The position numbers were made by a program, and so were the translations under genes. The notes beneath the pieces were generated by a model. That model saw only the letters and a list, made by a program, of their open reading frames with translations, did no database searches and had not been told where the DNA came from. A DNA stretch of 64,000 bases from an uncultured Candidatus Saccharibacteria bacterium. GTDB lineage: Bacteria; Patescibacteriota; Doudnabacteria; UBA920. The stretch spans positions 36,393 to 100,392 of the forward strand of contig CAYLIB010000003.1 in assembly GCA_964384035.1 (NCBI GenBank). Reading direction: 5' to 3'. This document shows positions 18,575 through 27,797 of the stretch, piece after piece; positions within the stretch are counted from its first letter, which is position 1, and each line of letters starts with the position of its first letter.

Positions 18575-18647
18575 GAATGGTGAATGACGAATGACGAATG
18601 ACGAATGTTTCTAAAATCTTTATTCGTTATTCTCTATTCTTTATTCG
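18575..18647. repeat. Inverted heptamer-repeat element (GAATGAC)n ... (TTATTCG)n between rpoA and rplQ
   Basis: gaatggt gaatgac gaatgac gaatgac gaatgtt / 10-nt spacer / ttattcg ttattct ctattct ttattcg. Confidence 0.85.
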
Positions 18648-18652
18648 TAATA

Positions 18653-19603
18653 TTACTCTCTTCCGAGAACTGTTAAAATTTCTGTAATTGTCTTTTTACC
18701 TAAGCCTGGAATGTTATTTATATCATCATTTGTAAGAGCTCTTAAAGCTTCTACTGTGTTGATATTATTTTTCATAAGAGCATTTCTTGCTCTTGTAGAA
18801 AGCTGAAGAGTATCAAGATCGCTTTCTACTCCTTCTATTGGTTCAAATGCTACTGCTTCTTCGTTTTCGTCTTCGTCCATATCTGGTGCCACTGGCTGAA
18901 AACTTATTGGTTCTTCAGAACCAGCGCTGAACATCATAGAGAAATGGTCCACTAAAATGTGGGATGAGATGTCCATTGCTTGTTCGCCGGTAATAGTACC
19001 ATTTGTTTCGAGAACTATTTCTAGTTTGTCGAAGTTGGTGATTTGACCTACACGAACATGGCTCACATCGAAGAATACGGACTTAACTGGTGTATAGACA
19101 GCGTCTATAGCTAGTAAACCAGATTCAAGCTTCTCTTCTTCTCTGGCTTCTACTGGAACATACCCTCTACCTTGTTGGACAATAATTTCTGCTTCGAATT
19201 CTGCTGTCTTACTGTCTAATGTGGCTAGAACAAGGTCCGGATTAAGTATTTCTACTTGATCCGACTTTTGTATGTCTGCACCAATAACTTCTCTTTCACC
19301 CTTAGCCTTGATGCTTAATCTTACCGGCTCGCTACTATGACTTTTTACTCTGAGCTGTTTAAGATTAAGAATTATCTGAATTACATCTTCCTTAACGTGA
19401 GGGATCGACGAAAACTCGTGGTCGGCAAATTTTATTTTAACTGCAGTAACCGCAGCGCCTGGCATAGAAGAAAGCAATACTCTTCTAAACGCGTTGCCAA
19501 TAGTTACGCCGTAGCCAGGATAAAGTGGCTCCAGAGTTACTTTGTATTTGTTGTTGCCCAAGGATTCAACTTGAGCTCTGTTTGGTAATGGAATCGCTTC
19601 CAT
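18653..19603 (-). CDS. rpoA: RNA polymerase alpha subunit
   Basis: EPLYPGYGVTIGNAFRRVLLSSMPG.A, HEFS, GRGYVP, IDAVYTPV, alpha-CTD LSTRARNAL..GLGKK; start set at MEAIP. Confidence 0.98.
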   Translation of the reverse strand: MEAIPLPNRAQVESLGNNKYKVTLEPLYPGYGVTIGNAFRRVLLSSMPGAAVTAVKIKFADHEFSSIPHVKEDVIQIILNLKQLRVKSHSSEPVRLSIKAKGEREVIGADIQKSDQVEILNPDLVLATLDSKTAEFEAEIIVQQGRGYVPVEAREEEKLESGLLAIDAVYTPVKSVFFDVSHVRVGQITNFDKLEIVLETNGTITGEQAMDISSHILVDHFSMMFSAGSEEPISFQPVAPDMDEDENEEAVAFEPIEGVESDLDTLQLSTRARNALMKNNINTVEALRALTNDDINNIPGLGKKTITEILTVLGRE

Positions 19604-19666
19604 AGTGTTATACCCCCTCACGTCTCCCGCGTGAAGCAGGAAGAACATGAACTAAAAATAATTAAA

Positions 19667-20275
19667 TTAAATTCTTGAATAATGCTCAACTATGAGCTGG
19701 AGATTAATCTGGTTAGTAACCATTTCTGGTGTAGGTTCTGTTAGCAGTTTTCCTGAAAGTTTCTGATAGTCTACATCTACTAAGTCTAGAGGACGTTTAC
19801 CTTTGAACTTTTCTTTTGCAAGTGTAATAAATTTACTTTTCTGCTTATTAGACTTAACTGCGATTACATCACCTACTTTAACTGGGTAGGAGGCAATATC
19901 AACTGGCTTTCCGTTTACTGTAAAGAAACCATGATTCACTAACTGCCTTGCTTGGGCACGTGTATCTGCATAACCCATTCTGTAAACAATATTATCTAAA
20001 CGCTTTTCTAGCATTTTGATCAGATTGTCACCTGTAACCCCAGGTTGATTCTGAGCTTTGTGGAAATAGTTGAAAAACTGTTTTTCAGTTACTCCATAAA
20101 GTATTTTGCACTTTTGCTTTTCTCTAAGTTGAAGTGCGTACTCTGATAATCTTCCTCTGCTCTGACCGTGTTGTCCTGGAGCGAATCCTCTCTTTGGAAG
20201 GATTTTAGAGTCTTTCTCAGTGAATGCGAATGCAAAACGTCTTGCCTTTTTAACTTTTGGTCCTGTGTATCTCAT
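19667..20275 (-). CDS. rpsD: 30S ribosomal protein S4
   Basis: RYTGPK, PGQHG, SEYALQLREKQK, LEKRLDNIVYRMG, ARQLVNHG. Confidence 0.99.
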   Translation of the reverse strand: MRYTGPKVKKARRFAFAFTEKDSKILPKRGFAPGQHGQSRGRLSEYALQLREKQKCKILYGVTEKQFFNYFHKAQNQPGVTGDNLIKMLEKRLDNIVYRMGYADTRAQARQLVNHGFFTVNGKPVDIASYPVKVGDVIAVKSNKQKSKFITLAKEKFKGKRPLDLVDVDYQKLSGKLLTEPTPEMVTNQINLQLIVEHYSRI

Positions 20276-20278
20276 ACT

Positions 20279-20716
20279 TTATACCCTTCTCGCTTTCTTA
20301 GGCCTTACACCACCGTGCGGTGTTGAAGTTTTGTCTTTTATTGTTAATACATTTAGTCCTGAGCCTTGAAGTGCTCTAATAGCTGATTCACGTCCAGAGC
20401 CGATTCCTTTTATAACAACATCGACTTCTACTAATCCTCTGTCTTTAATTCTCATTAAGACATCTTCCATAGTTTTCTGACCAGCGTAAGGAGTTGATTT
20501 CTTTGAGCCTTTAAAACCAGTTTTTCCTGCGCTGCCCCAAATCATTACGTTACCGCTTACGTCAGTTATGGAAATAATGGTGTTGTTGTAAGTAGAGTTA
20601 ATATAAACTTTACCTTTTGTGACTTTCTGCTTCGACTTCTTTTTGCTCGATTTTATTGCAACCGTAGCTTTTTCAGCAGTCTCAGTTGATTCAGTTGTAG
20701 TTATTTCTTCGTCCAT
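20279..20716 (-). CDS. rpsK: 30S ribosomal protein S11
   Basis: STYNNTI, GFKGSKKSTPYA, GIGSGRESAIRAL, PHGGVRP. Confidence 0.99.
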   Translation of the reverse strand: MDEEITTTESTETAEKATVAIKSSKKKSKQKVTKGKVYINSTYNNTIISITDVSGNVMIWGSAGKTGFKGSKKSTPYAGQKTMEDVLMRIKDRGLVEVDVVIKGIGSGRESAIRALQGSGLNVLTIKDKTSTPHGGVRPKKARRV

Positions 20717-20730
20717 ATTTTTTCTACTTA

Positions 20731-21120
20731 TTATGTCTTCTCAGCTGACTTAGCTCTACCTGAACCAGCAGTCTTTCTCACGTTACCTCTTCTGGTTCTG
20801 GAGTTGGTCTTTGTTCTTTGGCCTCTGACCGGTAAGCCTCTCATATGTCTCACGCCTCTAAAAGAAGTGATTTCTTTGAGACGCTTGATGTTGAGAAGAA
20901 CTTGTTGTCTTAAGTTACCTTCTACTTTGTAGCTCTTATCTATGAAGTCTCTGAGTTTATTTAACTCTTCTTCAGTAAGATCCTTAGCTCTTTTATTCGG
21001 ATCTATATTGGTAGCTTCGAGTATTTTCTTTGCCAGTGGTAAGCCGACACCGTATATATATGGAAGCGAAGCTTCTATTCTTTTGTCTGCGGGGATGTTG
21101 ATTCCTGCAATTCTAGGCAT
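20731..21120 (-). CDS. rpsM: 30S ribosomal protein S13
   Basis: [35 protein letters not shown]. Confidence 0.99.
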   Translation of the reverse strand: MPRIAGINIPADKRIEASLPYIYGVGLPLAKKILEATNIDPNKRAKDLTEEELNKLRDFIDKSYKVEGNLRQQVLLNIKRLKEITSFRGVRHMRGLPVRGQRTKTNSRTRRGNVRKTAGSGRAKSAEKT

Positions 21121-21147
21121 ATGTGGTGAAATAAGTATTTAATAGTA

Positions 21148-21261
21148 TTAGCCTTGGCGTTGTTTATGCTTTGGGGTCTCACAGATTACATAGACTCTAC
21201 CAAAACGTTTTACAATCTTACACTTTTTACAAATTGGTTTTACACTGCTTCTTACTTTCAT
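21148..21261 (-). CDS. rpmJ: 50S ribosomal protein L36 (missing from the ORF track)
   Basis: Translated by hand: [37 protein letters not shown]; Zn-ribbon C-C-C-H type. Confidence 0.97.
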   Translation of the reverse strand: MKVRSSVKPICKKCKIVKRFGRVYVICETPKHKQRQG

Positions 21262-21306
21262 AAATTAGTAGTTTAGTATTAAGGAATACGGGACTTTAGT
21301 AGATGG

Positions 21307-21537
21307 TTAGCGAAGTCTTCTTGTAATTCGACCTTTCTGTAGGTCATAAGGAGTCATTTCTAGTATGACTCGATCTCCGGTTAATACACGGATCATGTTT
21401 ACGCGCATTTTGCCTGACAAATGCCCCAAAACGACTTGTCCGGAATCTAATTGAACGCGAAAAACAGCATTGGGTAAACTCTCTATGACTTTACCCTCGA
21501 GTTCGATTACTTGTTTACTTGTATCGTTACTTCCCAA
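21307..21537 (-). CDS. infA: Translation initiation factor IF-1
   Basis: [40 protein letters not shown]; exact start uncertain. Confidence 0.97.
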   Translation of the reverse strand: MGSNDTSKQVIELEGKVIESLPNAVFRVQLDSGQVVLGHLSGKMRVNMIRVLTGDRVILEMTPYDLQKGRITRRLR

Positions 21538-21588
21538 ATGCGTGTTTAACTTGGCTTATTTTAAAGAAAAATTTGATCTGTCCACAGC

Positions 21589-21616
21589 ATTTTAGCATAC
21601 TCATAAGTTTTGTCAA
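21589..21616 (-). promoter_or_regulatory. Promoter of the infA-rpsM-rpoA operon
   Basis: TTGACA-16 bp-TAAAAT with extended TG on the minus strand. Confidence 0.6.
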
Positions 21617-21625
21617 CTTCGAGTA

Positions 21626-23287
21626 TTATCTAGCTATTTCTACCTTGACTTTTGTGGCAAATTTCGGCATAGTTTTTTGCCAATATGGGCTTAAAGTTAC
21701 TTCTATTTTTTCTATGTCTGGTCTTGAAAGTAGTATATCACTAACTTGCTGTTTACTTTTACCAAGTAAATCTTTCTGTACTCCACTTAGATCAATTTGG
21801 GTACTGCTCTTTGCCTCAACATGCACACTTAATACCATTAATCCAGTATCAAAATTTAGATCCTTAGCTTTTACAGTTAGGCTCCCGTCTAAGCTATTAA
21901 TGAGTTTTTGGGTTTCTGGAAGACTTTTGATAATTCTTTCCTCGACTATGCTTGCTATTTGATTTTTACTCACGAGCAATCCTTTTATGGTCGCCTTTAC
22001 TGTAGCTTGAAAACTTGGAGATTCAGTCCCAGAAATTTTATCGCTTTGGAACTCAACTATTTCTGCTGTATATGCTCCATCGACTAACTGCTTCCCTTCG
22101 GATTGAAAGTCTAACCGAAGTTGGTCTACCATTTTTTGCACCAATTGTGTTTGTGCGTTTTTAAAATCCTCATCGGTTATAACTGAGAGGTATCTAGAAG
22201 TGCCACCTAGTATAGCGGTTTGGGTTTTTGCATATAGCACTTGAGGCTGACTACCGAAGACCTGGTTGGTAATTTCGAGTCTAGTACCGGCTGGGATGTT
22301 AAAGTCTTCGCCACCTGAAACTGCAGTCACATCTACATCTGATTTAGAAGAATTTCCTGATTGAATAGATGAAGGTGAGATTGCCTTTATATTATTCTGA
22401 TCTTCTGTAAACTGGTAACTTTTATTTCCTAGTTTAAGGACAGTGGTGCCTGCCCTCAGATTGATCGGCTTGCCAGTGAGGTTATAAATTAAGATCTTTC
22501 CTGTAGATTTAGTACCTACTTCCTTTTTACCAGCACTCTGAAAGTTATCTTGAAGACTAAGGGTTTTGATTATTTTTGTGGCTGGGATGACCATTTTGGA
22601 GGAATCTATCTCAGCAACACCACTACCACTTGTGATTTCTAGGTCTCTTACTACTGTATCGGTCTTTGGGTATACAACCACTTTACCCTCTGGAAGCACA
22701 AAAATACCTATTAGAGCCCCGATAAGTAAAATCGGGAGAAAGAATCCAAGGGTAATTTTCCATGGGCTTTTTTTCTTGAATTCTGAATTATTTATGTGAT
22801 TAGCTTTTGAATTTTTTGCAACAGAACTGGCTCCGGAGTATTTTGTTTCTTTGATCATGACATGAGGCTGTGCAGGGGCTATTTTTGACTGCCTCCTAAT
22901 AGCTACAGTTTCTGTCCTCTGTCTTATTGGCATTCTAATCTCCGGTACTTTCGTTTCTTCTTCTTTTTTCTCATAAACTTCTTTATATGGGTTTGTTCTT
23001 GCGCCTATATCTGAGAGCCCTCTTCTTGTACCTGCTTGTGCGATTGTTTTTAGTGCAAATCCGGCTTCTTTTGCATATACCTGGCCGACTTCATCCATGG
23101 TAAGTATAAAAACAGACTTACCTAAATAATCAGTCTGTTTTTTTAGTAATCTTAAGTTTATTGCATCAGAAAAAAGAAAGCTTCGTTTTGGAAAAACCAA
23201 TACAACCTCTGTTGAATCTGTTCTTGCGATTTTCTGGGTGACAGTTTGAATGTCGTCTTCGATGTTTAGATATATCGTTTTTACCAT
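21626..23287 (-). CDS. Membrane protein with baseplate-J-like extracellular domain
   Basis: N-terminal IYL..EDDI.......VVLV.PK.S.LF....NLRLLK, single TM, then STGKILIYN..L.AGT, V.AVSGGE.FNIP; start probably ATG 23287. Confidence 0.65.
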   Translation of the reverse strand: MVKTIYLNIEDDIQTVTQKIARTDSTEVVLVFPKRSFLFSDAINLRLLKKQTDYLGKSVFILTMDEVGQVYAKEAGFALKTIAQAGTRRGLSDIGARTNPYKEVYEKKEEETKVPEIRMPIRQRTETVAIRRQSKIAPAQPHVMIKETKYSGASSVAKNSKANHINNSEFKKKSPWKITLGFFLPILLIGALIGIFVLPEGKVVVYPKTDTVVRDLEITSGSGVAEIDSSKMVIPATKIIKTLSLQDNFQSAGKKEVGTKSTGKILIYNLTGKPINLRAGTTVLKLGNKSYQFTEDQNNIKAISPSSIQSGNSSKSDVDVTAVSGGEDFNIPAGTRLEITNQVFGSQPQVLYAKTQTAILGGTSRYLSVITDEDFKNAQTQLVQKMVDQLRLDFQSEGKQLVDGAYTAEIVEFQSDKISGTESPSFQATVKATIKGLLVSKNQIASIVEERIIKSLPETQKLINSLDGSLTVKAKDLNFDTGLMVLSVHVEAKSSTQIDLSGVQKDLLGKSKQQVSDILLSRPDIEKIEVTLSPYWQKTMPKFATKVKVEIAR

Positions 23288-23413
23288 AGAGTAGTTTTTC
23301 AACCTTCATCCAATTCTAAGGTAAATTAGAGTCTTTGCGCAACCGGCAAAATTATGGTGAAAAGACGATATAAGATAGCCGGATTAGAGTCTCCCCCTCT
23401 CGCCGCTTTGCGG

Positions 23414-24580
23414 TTATTTGGAATGATAACTTAATCTCTTTTGGAAACTTAGGATTTTACTTGCTTCTACCTGTGGCTGGTCGAAGGGATCGACGTTTCT
23501 TAAGAGGGAGGAATAGACGGCGTAGAGTTGCCAGAATGCTAGGAATTTACCTAAGTTTTTCGGGCTTCTTTCTGGGATTTCCATTTTAATAACTGGGATT
23601 TGCTGTGAGACAGCATCTTCCATGGTACCTTCTAGTTCATATTTCATGCTTTCGCTTAAGGGAATTCCGTCTAATGCTCCCAAATTAGCAGACTTAAACG
23701 AAATTGGTTTTATATTCTGCGGAACAGAAGTTATTAAGTTATTGGAGAACTTATTTATACCTACAAAAATTCCAAGCATATTTTTAATACCACCAAAAAA
23801 CCTCTGATTTGAATGGTGCTGGGATTCCGGAGCTTCGAAAGCTAAATAGGTCCCACCTGTGCCATTTTTTCCAAAACTTTCATGACATAGTTGAACAATT
23901 ACCAAATTCCAGGCGAAGAGATAATGGCTATAAAAAGGCATAAATATATCCACAAAACCTTTTTGTTCAAGTTGCCACACAACACTTGCTAATTTCCAAG
24001 CGTCATTCTCTACAGTGAATTGGCTGTGAATTTCCCTACCACCGTCAAAAAATTCTTTAATAGGTAGTCCACAAAGAATAGCTGGGAGCATTAAGACCTC
24101 TGAAAAGCCTGTATATCTTCCACCTATTGCTGGGTGTATAAACAAATCCGCATTTAGTGCCGGATGAATAGAATCTACGGTATTTCCCTTCTGTGTTACC
24201 AAAAGCATTTTGTAACCAATAAACTGCAAACAAGCCTCTAACTGAGTACTGTTCTCACCAGATTTTGACACTGCTATAACTAAAGTATTCTCTGGATGCA
24301 ATTTTGATTTAAGCTCGCTTATGTAATCCGGATCAATAGACTGTAAAAAATAAGCATTCTTTTTTGCAATATCTTTCAGAGACTCGTAAATACCTATAAA
24401 CCCAGTGATGCTCCCGCCATGCCCTATGACTAAAATATTCTCGTACTTGTCATAATCTACCCGAGCCTTTTCTAGCTTTTCGAAATCAGGATTGTAACTT
24501 AAAAAGAGAGGGAGGTCTTTTGGTAATAACTCTGTCTTGAGCTGCTCAGGACTTGGGGTATTAAAATATTCGAGTTTCAT
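23414..24580 (-). CDS. pgi: Glucose-6-phosphate isomerase (short form)
   Basis: IGHGGS, SKSG, IGGRYT, QLCHESFGK, PFDQPQVEASK. Confidence 0.88.
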   Translation of the reverse strand: MKLEYFNTPSPEQLKTELLPKDLPLFLSYNPDFEKLEKARVDYDKYENILVIGHGGSITGFIGIYESLKDIAKKNAYFLQSIDPDYISELKSKLHPENTLVIAVSKSGENSTQLEACLQFIGYKMLLVTQKGNTVDSIHPALNADLFIHPAIGGRYTGFSEVLMLPAILCGLPIKEFFDGGREIHSQFTVENDAWKLASVVWQLEQKGFVDIFMPFYSHYLFAWNLVIVQLCHESFGKNGTGGTYLAFEAPESQHHSNQRFFGGIKNMLGIFVGINKFSNNLITSVPQNIKPISFKSANLGALDGIPLSESMKYELEGTMEDAVSQQIPVIKMEIPERSPKNLGKFLAFWQLYAVYSSLLRNVDPFDQPQVEASKILSFQKRLSYHSK

Positions 24581-24593
24581 AGATGTCTATTTT

Positions 24594-26474
24594 CTAAACA
24601 ATTATAGCTTTAATTCTTCTTATACCTGCACTAATAGCTTCTTCTTTGGAAATTTTAACTTTTCCTCCAACGAGCGAAGTATGCTCTACGTGAGGACCGC
24701 CACAAAATTCAACAGAAATTGGTTTGTCAGTATCTCTTTCATACATCGTATAGACTTTAACTATATCGTCGTACTTCTCACCAAAAAGGCCTATGGCGTT
24801 TCTATTTCTTGCTTCCTCTAGGGGAATCATTTCCCACTTAACCATTAAATCTTTTTCTATCCAGTTATTTATTTTGTTTTCTACCTCTTTAATTTCTTCA
24901 GGGGTCACTTTTCTTTCAAAATTAAAGTCGAACCTAGTTCTTTCCTCAGTTATATTACTTCCTCTTTGGAAAACATGCTGTCCTAGCACCTCTCTTAGTG
25001 CTTGGTGAAGAAGATGTGTAACTGTATGAAGCTTTACAGTTTGCTCATTGTGGTTTGCAAGCCCGCCTTTAAATTCACCACTGCTTGCTGTTCGTGAAAG
25101 ATCTTGATGTTTTTTAAATTCGCTTCTAAATTCTTCTTCAGAGGGATTCTGTCCTGAGCCGATTGCTAGATCTCTAGTGAGCTCCCAGGGGAAACCGTAG
25201 GTTTGATAGAGGTCGAATGCCATATTCCCCGATACTTCTGTACCTTTCTGGATAAATTTTTCGAATTCTTTCAGACCCTTTTCTAGAGTTACTAAAAATT
25301 TTCTTTGCTCTGCTTCTATTACACCAAAAATTCTTTCGCTATTTTCTAATAATTTAGGGTAGCTTTCAGTATAAATTGTTACAACTTTACCAATGAGCGC
25401 CTTTAACCATTCCCCTTCTAGATTCAAAAGTTTTCCGTAAACCATTGAGCGTCTGAGAAGTCTTCTTAACACGTAACCACGGTCTTTGTTGCTTGGTTCT
25501 ACTCCATCGGAGACCATAAAAACGGAAGCTTTAATGTGGTCGGTAATAATGCGCGCACGCCTAAGCTCTTCCCCACTCAGCATTTGATCTGTTGTTCTTA
25601 AAGCCTCATAAAGACAATCGAACATAGGCTTAAAAAGGTCTGTATCGAAAACAGACTGCTGACCTACAGATGCAGCAAGAATTCTTTCTAAGCCACCGCC
25701 AAAGTCAACATTTTTTTGTGGTAAAGGCTCGAAGCCGGTTTCTGTTTTTACATATTCCATAAAAACGTTGTTTCCAATTTCGACAAACCTTCCACAATCA
25801 CAGTTAACATGACATGGTCTGCTTGACCAAAAGGAATTCTCATGGAGACTCAACTCTTGTCCATAGTCGAAAAACATCTCGGAATCTGGACCACCAGGTT
25901 CTCCGACAGGCATTTGCGAAGTTGTACCACTACGTGACCACCAATTTTTTTTCTCGTCGTAGTAGAATATTCTTCCATTTTGCATACCATCTCTTTCTGG
26001 AAAATCTACGATTTTAGCTTCTATTCCCTCAGCCTCAAAAAGCGACTTCCATATTTGAGCCGACTCTTCGTCTTTAGGAATACCTATATCTTCTTTACCG
26101 CGAAAACATGTTATGAAAAGTTTATTCGGATTTAATCCAACTTCTTTTGTTAGAAACTCAAACATCCAAGGAATTTGTTCCTGCTTGAAATAATCCCCTA
26201 GAGACCAATTCCCTAGCATCTCGAAAAAAGTTGTATGGCGATTATCACCAACTTCTTCAATATCCTGAGATCTAAATGCTTTCTGTGAATCTACAATTCT
26301 TTTACCCTTGGGATGAGGTTGTCCGAGCAAGTACGGAAGCATGGGCTGCATGCCTGACCCTGTAAACAAAGTTGTAGGGTCATTTTCTGGTAATAAGGAA
26401 GCAGAAGGGACTATTTCGTGTCCCCTAGCTTTAAAAAATTCTAAATATTTAGTTCTGAGTTCCTGTGAAGTCAT
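24594..26474 (-). CDS. alaS: Alanine--tRNA ligase (lacks C-Ala domain)
   Basis: MTSQELR..YL.FF, LFTGSGMQP, HTTFFEMLGNWSLGDYFK, editing HTVTH and EFCGGPHV; ends at GIRRIKA. Confidence 0.97.
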   Translation of the reverse strand: MTSQELRTKYLEFFKARGHEIVPSASLLPENDPTTLFTGSGMQPMLPYLLGQPHPKGKRIVDSQKAFRSQDIEEVGDNRHTTFFEMLGNWSLGDYFKQEQIPWMFEFLTKEVGLNPNKLFITCFRGKEDIGIPKDEESAQIWKSLFEAEGIEAKIVDFPERDGMQNGRIFYYDEKKNWWSRSGTTSQMPVGEPGGPDSEMFFDYGQELSLHENSFWSSRPCHVNCDCGRFVEIGNNVFMEYVKTETGFEPLPQKNVDFGGGLERILAASVGQQSVFDTDLFKPMFDCLYEALRTTDQMLSGEELRRARIITDHIKASVFMVSDGVEPSNKDRGYVLRRLLRRSMVYGKLLNLEGEWLKALIGKVVTIYTESYPKLLENSERIFGVIEAEQRKFLVTLEKGLKEFEKFIQKGTEVSGNMAFDLYQTYGFPWELTRDLAIGSGQNPSEEEFRSEFKKHQDLSRTASSGEFKGGLANHNEQTVKLHTVTHLLHQALREVLGQHVFQRGSNITEERTRFDFNFERKVTPEEIKEVENKINNWIEKDLMVKWEMIPLEEARNRNAIGLFGEKYDDIVKVYTMYERDTDKPISVEFCGGPHVEHTSLVGGKVKISKEEAISAGIRRIKAIIV

Positions 26475-26483
26475 GATAGTTTG

Positions 26484-26515
26484 CAAGTTTATAAAGTTCT
26501 TAAAGTTTATAAAGT
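26484..26515. repeat. Nonamer tandem repeat (AAAGTTTAT-like) between ctpA and alaS
   Basis: caagtttat aaagttctt aaagtttat aaagt. Confidence 0.6.
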
Positions 26516-26536
26516 AACCTACACTTCGAGAGCTTT

Positions 26537-27793
26537 CTATTTAATAATTTCTTCAAGCGCTTTATCCATTTGAGGATCTTTATTATCGGTGAAGTCTTTT
26601 TCGGTTCTTTTAACTTCTATGTCTGGTACTAGACCATCTTTATTTAGATGTTTACCTTTTGGCGTGATCCATTTTGCTACTGTAACTTTTACAGCGGATT
26701 TACCTGGTAAATCTATGAGTTCTTGGACACTCCCTTTACCAAAACTTTTTTCACCAATTAGTTTACCAAAACCGTAATCCTGGAGCGCGCCAGCTAAGAT
26801 TTCTGAGGCTGAAGCTGACCCACCATTTATAAGAACCACTGTTTTGAATCCTTCAAATTCTTTGTATCCTTCTGAGTTGAATGGAATAGAGTCCTTTTCA
26901 CTATGCTGTTCTGTAACAATTAACTTACCCTTAGGTACCCAATAAGAAGCAAGGTCCACGGCGGCATCTAAGTACCCACCAGGGTCATTTCTCAAATCTA
27001 GAATGAGCCCATCCGCTTTCTTATTTTTCACCTCTGTGACTGCGTTGGCAAATGCTTCTCTTGTGTCGTCTCCGAACCTTGAAACTGTAATTACTGCTAT
27101 ATTTTTCCCTGAATTTTCTTTGAAGGAGAGCTTAACACTTTTTACATTTATTTCAGCTCTTTTAATTTTTACCTCAAAAGTATCTGTTTTGCCTTCACGA
27201 TAAATAGTAAGCACAACTTCAGTACCTTTAGGACCCCTTATAGCTTGGACCGCTTGTTCTACTGTCCATTCATTTGTGGGCTTGCCGTCTACTTTAACAA
27301 TATAATCTTTAGGTAACAGACCAGCTTTCTCTGCCGGGGAACCTTCGAGAGGTGAAACTATTACAATGCTATCATTCTTCTTACCAACTTCAGCACCAAT
27401 ACCATCGAAACTGCCCTTAAGTTCGGTTTTGAAAGACTCTAAGTCCTCTGGCGAGAAGAATTCTGTGTACTGGTCACCACTAGCTGAGACAGCACCCTTA
27501 ACTGCACCATAGAGAGTTTTTTTTGCATCTACGGGTTTATCTATGTATTTCTGATTTATCACGTCTATTGCTTTCCAAAGTAGACTGTAATCTACAGTAC
27601 CGGGTTGATCCTTTTGATTTACGATTTTGTATTCATTGGGGACGAATACTAAACCTTTCGATCCAAAATAATATCCACTTCTAAAGCTTAAGGCTATAAA
27701 AGATAATATTAAAATTGTCCAAATAATTTTATTTTTATCTCTGGGCTTAGACTGTACTTCTGTAGTTAATTGTGGTGGATTTTCTATTTCCAT
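26537..27793 (-). CDS. ctpA: Carboxyl-terminal processing protease (S41A, PDZ)
   Basis: N-terminal TM, GIGAE PDZ, ILDLRNDPGG, SASASEI, SFGKGSVQ. Confidence 0.95.
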   Translation of the reverse strand: MEIENPPQLTTEVQSKPRDKNKIIWTILILSFIALSFRSGYYFGSKGLVFVPNEYKIVNQKDQPGTVDYSLLWKAIDVINQKYIDKPVDAKKTLYGAVKGAVSASGDQYTEFFSPEDLESFKTELKGSFDGIGAEVGKKNDSIVIVSPLEGSPAEKAGLLPKDYIVKVDGKPTNEWTVEQAVQAIRGPKGTEVVLTIYREGKTDTFEVKIKRAEINVKSVKLSFKENSGKNIAVITVSRFGDDTREAFANAVTEVKNKKADGLILDLRNDPGGYLDAAVDLASYWVPKGKLIVTEQHSEKDSIPFNSEGYKEFEGFKTVVLINGGSASASEILAGALQDYGFGKLIGEKSFGKGSVQELIDLPGKSAVKVTVAKWITPKGKHLNKDGLVPDIEVKRTEKDFTDNKDPQMDKALEEIIK

Positions 27794-27797
27794 AATG

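Noticed and set aside
18575-18647. Heptamer arrays (also 60009-60088) as a CRISPR array or terminator
   Set aside because: Units are 7 nt with no unique spacers, no cas genes, and no U-tract after the stem
21262-21306. Loose TAGTA periodicity between infA and rpmJ
   Set aside because: Too degenerate and without an inverted arm to count as another heptamer element
21626-23287. Prophage suggested by the baseplate-J-like gene
   Set aside because: No other phage genes; has a TM anchor and host-like composition
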